NCBI GenBank assembly: GCA_029939545.1
Contig: JAOZSS010000002.1
Coordinates: 1 to 59,384, forward strand
DNA from: Kiritimatiellia bacterium
GTDB lineage: Bacteria > Verrucomicrobiota > Kiritimatiellia > UBA8416 > JABMPJ01
Direction: 5' to 3'
Length of the DNA stretch: 59,384 bases
In this document: positions 54,344-59,384 of the stretch, one piece after another
Position numbering within the stretch: position 1 is the first letter of the stretch
Layout of the letters: the number at the start of each line of letters is the position of its first letter
Notes under the pieces: model-generated
What the model saw: only the letters and a program-made list of their open reading frames with translations
Told to the model about the DNA's origin: nothing
Databases searched by the model: none
Program-made: the position numbers and the translations under genes

Positions 54344-55316
54344 TCGCCACCTTCTTCCCTACAGGCGCCATGTAGATCGCGAACTCCTCCTTTCCGTCCA
54401 CCCCGATGAGCGCGTCCATCTTGACCTGGTTGTAGGCGAGCATGGCGCATACGCCGGCACCGATCGACTCGGCGGCGAGGTAGAGGTTCTGGCAAACGTG
54501 GCCCGCTTCAATGGCAATCATGCGGTGCGCAATGGGACCGTAGCGCCACTCGGTACGGTAGGGGACGGCGGTCCAGACAAAGACGACGGCCGCCTGCGGT
54601 GGGGCGGTCTGTCCGTAACATGCCGCCTTGATCCTGGGTGCCAGTGCGGCATCCTCACGAATCTGGATCAGTGCATGCTCGTGCGGCAGGTAGCGGTAGA
54701 TCCCCGGCACCAGGCCCTCCACGCGATTGAGAAGGAGATAGGTCTCGAACGGATGTCGCGCTCCGCCGGATGGCACCGTGCGGTACTGGTTGACAATGCG
54801 GCCTTCCGCATCGCGGTCGACCTTGGCGACCCCCTGCGTACACCACAGCAGGAAGCTCAGCTCCGCCCGTGTGAGGGGCTCGGCCGCATAGGCACGCACG
54901 CTGCGTCGCCGCACAATGGCATCTTTCAACGGCATCGTGCCAAGGTCGAGCGTTTCCGGGTGGGGGAGGGCCATGCGTTTGGCATGGGTCGGCACCGGTT
55001 GCGCTGCCGGGGGAGCGGGTAGGCCCTTGCGCTGATCGGTCTCGGTACGCCAGTCCCCCATATACCCTTTCAGGAAGACGCGCAACTGTTCCCGTGGCAG
55101 CTCTGCGAGTGGCTGGACCTCGGTGGCATGGGCGCACAGCGGAAGGAACAGCAGGACGAAGAGGACGCTGGTGTTGTAATTCAGAAGTCCGCGTAGTACA
55201 TGGTTGTCATTCCGAGCGAAGTCGAGGAATCTCCAAGTCATTGGGTGCCACGGAGATCCCTTGGCAAGCTCGGGATGACATCGTGGATCGATCTCTCTTT
55301 CGGATCTGGCCGTCAC
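54336..55316 (-). CDS. SagB/ThcOx-type FMN dehydrogenase (nitroreductase fold) with hydrophobic N-terminal segment
   Basis: IVRRRSVRAY, FLLWCTQGV, YRTVPSGGARHPFETYLLLNRVEGLVPGIYRYLPHEHAL, AIEAGHVCQNLYLAAESIGAGVC. Start is either GTG 55316 (4 nt after the upstream stop) or ATG 55241. Both lie in or next to a palindromic repeat. Confidence 0.8.
   Translation of the reverse strand: MTARSEREIDPRCHPELAKGSPWHPMTWRFLDFARNDNHVLRGLLNYNTSVLFVLLFLPLCAHATEVQPLAELPREQLRVFLKGYMGDWRTETDQRKGLPAPPAAQPVPTHAKRMALPHPETLDLGTMPLKDAIVRRRSVRAYAAEPLTRAELSFLLWCTQGVAKVDRDAEGRIVNQYRTVPSGGARHPFETYLLLNRVEGLVPGIYRYLPHEHALIQIREDAALAPRIKAACYGQTAPPQAAVVFVWTAVPYRTEWRYGPIAHRMIAIEAGHVCQNLYLAAESIGAGVCAMLAYNQVKMDALIGVDGKEEFAIYMAPVGKKVANE
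55206..55279. repeat. 74-nt palindromic element (arms GTCATTCCGAGC / GCTCGGGATGAC) of the widespread GTCATTCCGAGCGAAGTCGAGGAATC type
   Basis: Read directly. 12-bp outer stem (one G-U) with inner complementary GGAATCTCC/GGAGATCC. Translates as the familiar spurious VIPSEVEES / LDFARNDN peptides. Confidence 0.75.
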
Positions 55317-55319
55317 AGG

Positions 55320-58300
55320 CTAAAGCGCCTCGTTGAGCTTCTTGTAGTAATCGGCGACGAGGTTGCGGTAGCGCGGTGGCGCATCGTCGGGGCCAGCCGC
55401 CAGAACATCGTCGAGGAGTGCGGATGAGCGCCCACCGGTGAGTGTTGCGGAGGGGCCGGCCTGGAGCTGGGTCCGCGCGCGCTTGAGCGCCACAACCGCC
55501 TGCTTGCGGTGCTCTTTGATCTGCTCGATCGACCGCCCTGCGGCAACCGCATCGGCCGCCTGCCGCAGGTGATGGGCGGCGGTCTTGAAGGAATCGGCCC
55601 GAATGTTCTTGAGCGATGCCTTGGTGTACATGGCATCGGCCTGCTTCGCCATCAGGGCTTCCATTCCGTCGAGCGAACCCTCCTCGGTGGAGTCCATGCG
55701 CCGTGTGCCGCCACCCATGCCGATATCGTCGGCTTTGCCGGAGGCCTGCTTGCCGCCGCCGGTGGCTGCGGTGGTGGCTTCACCGTCCAAATCAACCTGT
55801 CCGTCCTGGGTGGGATCCTGTGTGCGACGAGCCTCGATATTCGAATCGCCTTCGCCGATCGTGCCGGACCCGGACGCGTTCTCTCCCACGGCCATGCCCT
55901 CGCGGCCCACGTTGGATCGGCCATCCTGTTCCTTATGGTCAGGAGTCATGTTGCCCGACTTACCCTTGGCCGAGAAGCCGGTAAGGTCGCCCTCCTTCAC
56001 TTCCCATCCGATCCCGGGATCGTCACCGACGGCGTGGTTCGACGCGCCGTCAACAGCTTCCTCGGCACCCTCCTCGGCCTCTTCGAGTAGATCGCCAATC
56101 AGGTCCTCGGCTTGGGCGGCCAGCGCACCCAGGGCGATGCCTTCTTCCGGCATCTCTTCCCGGTCCATCGCCTCGGTGGTGATGACGTCGTCTTCTTTCT
56201 CGTCCTGCAACCATTCCTCGAGCTTTTCAAAGCGCTCCTCGGCCTCCTCCATCCTCTCGAGCAGGTTCTGACGGTCACGCTTGGCGTAAGCCTTCTCGGT
56301 AGGATTCTCAACGTCAATGCCGGCGGCCTCCTGCTCTTCTTCGTCCATGATCTCGTGCTCTTCAAAGATGCTGAAGACATCCTCGACCAGCTCGTTGGCG
56401 ATGCTTAGCTCTGCGAAGATATGCAGGTCGCGCGGAATCTCCAGGAGGGCTTGCTTCGTGTTCTTAAGGATCTCCTGGTATTCCTCCTCCATCATATCGA
56501 TCATCTCTTCATTCGACGCGTCGCCCTGCTCTTTTACCATATCCATGGCCTGAATGGCTTTCTCGTGAATCGCGCGGATCTTTTCGAGCTTCTCACCCGC
56601 AAACTGCAGCACATCGAGCATCTGCTCCTCGCGTTCGCCCTGCTCGGATGCCTTGATCGCGTTTAGATGGTTCTGCAGGGCTTCCAGCTTGGTCAGAGCT
56701 TGCTTCTCGTCGGGAAGCGCGGCGGTGGGCTGGTTGTTGTCGAGGTCTTCGGCGGCCAGCAGCATGTCCTCGCGAATGCCGGCGTCATCGCAGCGGGTCG
56801 CGAGCTCGATGAGAATGGAGGCGAAGGCCTGGTCGTTGGCCGCAACAGACGCGGACTCCTGTTTGCAGGCATTGCCGAAGTCCGTGAGATCCTCGGCCAG
56901 GTCGTCCTGCATGTCAACCACACTGGATCCGACCTCGGTTCTGGTCTTGGCATACTTCTGCGTATTCTGGATGACCAGCGTCTCTCTGCGGATGAGGGCG
57001 TCCAGCATGTTGGAGAGCGCGCTGACGCGTTGTTCCACGCGGGTCCGTACGGCACCCGCCTGCGCGTAGGTGAGTTGCCTGAGAATCTTCTCCTCCATGT
57101 TGATGGCATCGTTGCAGAGCGTGGCCTTATTGTCATTCACGGGCAGGCGCGCGAGGATCTCGATGACCTCCCGCATTTCGTTCAGGTAGAGCGCTTTCGT
57201 GGCGGGCGTGAGACTGCCCAGCGGCTCGCCCGGCGCGGCCAGCAGGTCGCGCGTTACCATGCGGATCTGGCGCTGCTGTTCGGCCGCCCCATTCCACTGC
57301 TGCGCGGTGGTGGCCATGAGCGTGGCCTGGCAGGCGCGGGTGCGGGCAATGTTGTCGCGCTGCATGTCGATCAGACGCCCGAGCGTGGAGGCGACTTCTT
57401 CGTCGAGCTTCCTCTGCTCTTTGGCGGCATCCGCCAGCGATGCCGCATTGAAGAGGATGGTGTCGGAACGGACGGTGTGGGGCTCGCCGGGCCGCGTGTC
57501 GCGCGCGACGAGGCGGAATGCGATGGTGCGTCCCTCCTGCTCGTCAATGGCCTCACTCCAGAGCGTGACGAACGACTTCGCCCTGCCGGGGGTCCACGCT
57601 CCAACCTTCTCGCCTGCCTCGCTGCGCTTTGAGCCGGGCTGTACTCGTTCGAGCCACAGGTCGACCAGGCCGTAGTCATCATCCACGGCAAAATCGATAG
57701 TAGGCTTGGTGCCCTGCGGCAACGTGGGGCGGCCGGTTGGGGCAATGATCGTGATGACCGGCGCGTTGTCTGGAATAATGGTGAAGCCCACCTCCGTATC
57801 GATGCTCTCGCCATACGTGTCGGTCGCGCTGATCGATAGGCTGGTGCCCTGATGAATGGTGAGTTCCGCTGCTCGTCTGTTTTGCGCGTCGGCTGACAGG
57901 GGTTGCAGTGGAATGGGGGTGTCCTGTTGGAGCTGGGCGGATGCGGAAGCGAGTGCTCCGTTACAGGTCAATGTCAGGGCTACGCGCGAGCCTTCGGGGA
58001 TCGCGATCGTATCGGCCAGGCCGTCGAACGTCGCCGGTGCGATGCCGGTGTAGGGGGGCGGGGTGACGGTCAGTTCAACCGCAGTGCAGGCCAGCGGGGG
58101 GCGCGGCGTAATCTCGAACCACTCGGGAAAAGGTGCGTCTCCGGCACGGAACCGGTAGCGCACGGCCGTGGTCAGCAGCGGAATGCGATGCGAAAAGCGT
58201 TCCTCGGGGTCGCCTTTGATGGTCCCGAGCGTGTGGGTCGAGGCGTCGCCGTCGGCGGGTCTGATATCCAGCAGTACGCGGTGGCCTTTATGCCCCGCCA

Positions 58301-58991
58301 CCGTGCAGGCGAGTACCAGCGGCTTGCCCTGTAGTGCTGTGTCGTTGCCCGGTGTTACGGTCAGGAGCTGGGTGAGACTGACCGGCGGGGTGTCGGCGAA
58401 CGGGTTGGTCACCCGCCACATCGCGGTGGCCCAGGCGCGTCCGGTCAGGGCGGTAGGCAGCAGGATGACCGCCAGCGCCACAGAGAAACCCGCGAAGGCC
58501 CAGCGGTGGAGTTTCCTGTTCTTCATGCGCTTCACACTGACCGTGTTCCATCCCCTGACGTCACGCTTGAGATACGCGTTCTTGAAGGGATCGTTTCCGG
58601 GCGTGGCTGCAAACTGGAGATAGTTGATCAGGTGGTTGTCGAGCTCCGGGAACGCGTGCTCCACGGATGCCGCAACAGCCTGCGGATTGAGCGGGTGGCG
58701 CACGGTGCGCAGCAGCCACCAGATCGTAGTCCCCACCACGCCGAGCAGGAGCAGGAAGACGGTGAAGCGCGCCGGTCGACCGAACTGGAGCAGGAGATCT
58801 GACAAGACAAACACGAACAGCCCGCCCAGCATCACGGCGGTCCCGATCATCAGCCGCACCTGCGCCTGCCAGCGCCGCACCGTCCGGCCAATGCGTCCCA
58901 GTTCCTTGTTGAGTTCTGCCTGCGTCATCCTTGTTCTTCCTGCCTGGATCACACCACCACCGGGGTTGCCCCGGTGGTGGCCGAGAGCCAT
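55320..58991 (-). CDS. giant membrane-anchored protein, DUF4175-like (N-terminal TM hairpin, beta-rich middle, coiled-coil, highly acidic region)
   Basis: TM helices MIGTAVMLGGLFVFVLSDLLL / FTVFLLLLGVVGTTIWWLL, followed by AASVEHAFPELDNHLINYLQF. Long E/D-rich segment. C-terminal PPRYRNLVADYYKKLNEAL. Family name is from memory. Alternative start ATG 58928. Confidence 0.6.
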   Translation of the reverse strand: MALGHHRGNPGGGVIQAGRTRMTQAELNKELGRIGRTVRRWQAQVRLMIGTAVMLGGLFVFVLSDLLLQFGRPARFTVFLLLLGVVGTTIWWLLRTVRHPLNPQAVAASVEHAFPELDNHLINYLQFAATPGNDPFKNAYLKRDVRGWNTVSVKRMKNRKLHRWAFAGFSVALAVILLPTALTGRAWATAMWRVTNPFADTPPVSLTQLLTVTPGNDTALQGKPLVLACTVAGHKGHRVLLDIRPADGDASTHTLGTIKGDPEERFSHRIPLLTTAVRYRFRAGDAPFPEWFEITPRPPLACTAVELTVTPPPYTGIAPATFDGLADTIAIPEGSRVALTLTCNGALASASAQLQQDTPIPLQPLSADAQNRRAAELTIHQGTSLSISATDTYGESIDTEVGFTIIPDNAPVITIIAPTGRPTLPQGTKPTIDFAVDDDYGLVDLWLERVQPGSKRSEAGEKVGAWTPGRAKSFVTLWSEAIDEQEGRTIAFRLVARDTRPGEPHTVRSDTILFNAASLADAAKEQRKLDEEVASTLGRLIDMQRDNIARTRACQATLMATTAQQWNGAAEQQRQIRMVTRDLLAAPGEPLGSLTPATKALYLNEMREVIEILARLPVNDNKATLCNDAINMEEKILRQLTYAQAGAVRTRVEQRVSALSNMLDALIRRETLVIQNTQKYAKTRTEVGSSVVDMQDDLAEDLTDFGNACKQESASVAANDQAFASILIELATRCDDAGIREDMLLAAEDLDNNQPTAALPDEKQALTKLEALQNHLNAIKASEQGEREEQMLDVLQFAGEKLEKIRAIHEKAIQAMDMVKEQGDASNEEMIDMMEEEYQEILKNTKQALLEIPRDLHIFAELSIANELVEDVFSIFEEHEIMDEEEQEAAGIDVENPTEKAYAKRDRQNLLERMEEAEERFEKLEEWLQDEKEDDVITTEAMDREEMPEEGIALGALAAQAEDLIGDLLEEAEEGAEEAVDGASNHAVGDDPGIGWEVKEGDLTGFSAKGKSGNMTPDHKEQDGRSNVGREGMAVGENASGSGTIGEGDSNIEARRTQDPTQDGQVDLDGEATTAATGGGKQASGKADDIGMGGGTRRMDSTEEGSLDGMEALMAKQADAMYTKASLKNIRADSFKTAAHHLRQAADAVAAGRSIEQIKEHRKQAVVALKRARTQLQAGPSATLTGGRSSALLDDVLAAGPDDAPPRYRNLVADYYKKLNEAL

Positions 58992-58997
58992 CGCCCG

Positions 58998-59384
58998 CTA
59001 CGGAAGCTTATACACCTTCACATTATTAATCGATACGCCCTGCGCCGTCCATATATAGACCGAGAAGAAGCGGACCTGCCGGAGATGTTTCTTGGCGGCC
59101 GAGGAGAGCTTCTGCATGGGGAAGTCGAGCGAGATCTTCTTCCATGAACCCGGGAACCCGGTCTCGGCTTTGCTCTTGTAGACCATGCGTGTCTCGCCAG
59201 GGCAGGGGGTGTCGTGTGGGCGTACGCCGGGCTTCCAGCGATAGCCGGCGAAGTAGACGCGCGTGGGCCCATACTTGTTCTTCGTGTTGGCCTTCAAATC
59301 CATTGTGCAGCGGTAGCGGGCATTGGGGTCGAACTTGATGAGCTGGGTCTCCACCTTGTTCTCGCCGCCCTGCTTAGGCGTAAT
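58998..59384 (-). CDS. hypothetical protein, C-terminal part (5' end outside window)
   Basis: Reading frame stays open to the window edge beyond the listed GTG 59354. Ends ...FFSVYIWTAQGVSINNVKVYKLP, 6 nt before the next gene. Jelly-roll-like ending, but no family assigned. Confidence 0.5.
   Translation of the reverse strand: MTPKQGGENKVETQLIKFDPNARYRCTMDLKANTKNKYGPTRVYFAGYRWKPGVRPHDTPCPGETRMVYKSKAETGFPGSWKKISLDFPMQKLSSAAKKHLRQVRFFSVYIWTAQGVSINNVKVYKLP

Noticed and set aside
51852-55316. Canonical TOMM/RiPP cluster annotation (C-protein/E1-like partner, TfuA, leader protease, ABC exporter)
   Set aside because: I looked for these in all frames of the operon and flanks and found none. The locus is therefore not reported as a standard thiazole/oxazole microcin cluster, only as a YcaO/SagB-containing operon of unknown role.

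Overview
59.4-kb high-GC (roughly 60%) bacterial chromosomal segment. The gene content (type IV pilus-like cluster with several pseudopilins, a giant BNR/TolB/FGE protein, a MoxR/DUF4175-like envelope operon) suggests a PVC-superphylum-like Gram-negative; this is inference only. I call about 50 protein genes and one tRNA-Phe(GAA). I see no rRNA, CRISPR, transposase or integrase. 1-13.6 kb is housekeeping and ion transport: argG 3' end, CCC-type cotransporter, trkH/trkA, corA, ruvAB, a NusG paralog, an MBL hydrolase and a membrane pyrophosphatase. 13.6-19.0 kb (minus strand) is a compact operon of three genes: a TPR + beta-barrel outer-membrane protein resembling Slam/DUF560 (type XI secretion); a FecR-domain secreted protein with a (PE/PD)n linker and a TbpB-like C-terminal domain; and a CHASE2 class III nucleotide cyclase. 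Together they are a candidate trans-envelope signalling module. 19.6-26.3 kb holds a giant BNR/TolB/FGE protein translationally coupled to a membrane protein and a PabB-PabC fusion, then an Ldh_2 oxidoreductase. 27.4-30.2 kb is an orphan TPR-PgaB-like protein. 30.4-43.2 kb is a complete type IVa pilus-like cluster (pilT, secretin, pilB, pilC, pilin, pilMNOP-like, two pseudopilins, PilX-like, lipoprotein). Its intergenic junctions carry several families of short structured repeats, and a GT-C/GT2/methyltransferase module follows it. 47.2-59.4 kb (minus strand) is the most unusual part: one tightly overlapping operon. It joins a giant DUF4175-like membrane protein, a SagB-type dehydrogenase, a GltD-like flavoprotein with a degenerate Fe-S region, YcaO, a small exported Pro/Lys-rich protein with a CCCC motif, two exported proteins of unknown function and an FHA-MoxR ATPase. 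A second window-wide signal is recurrent sense-strand (Y)CGGA heptad arrays in 5' leaders. All family assignments were made by eye from motifs, with no database search.
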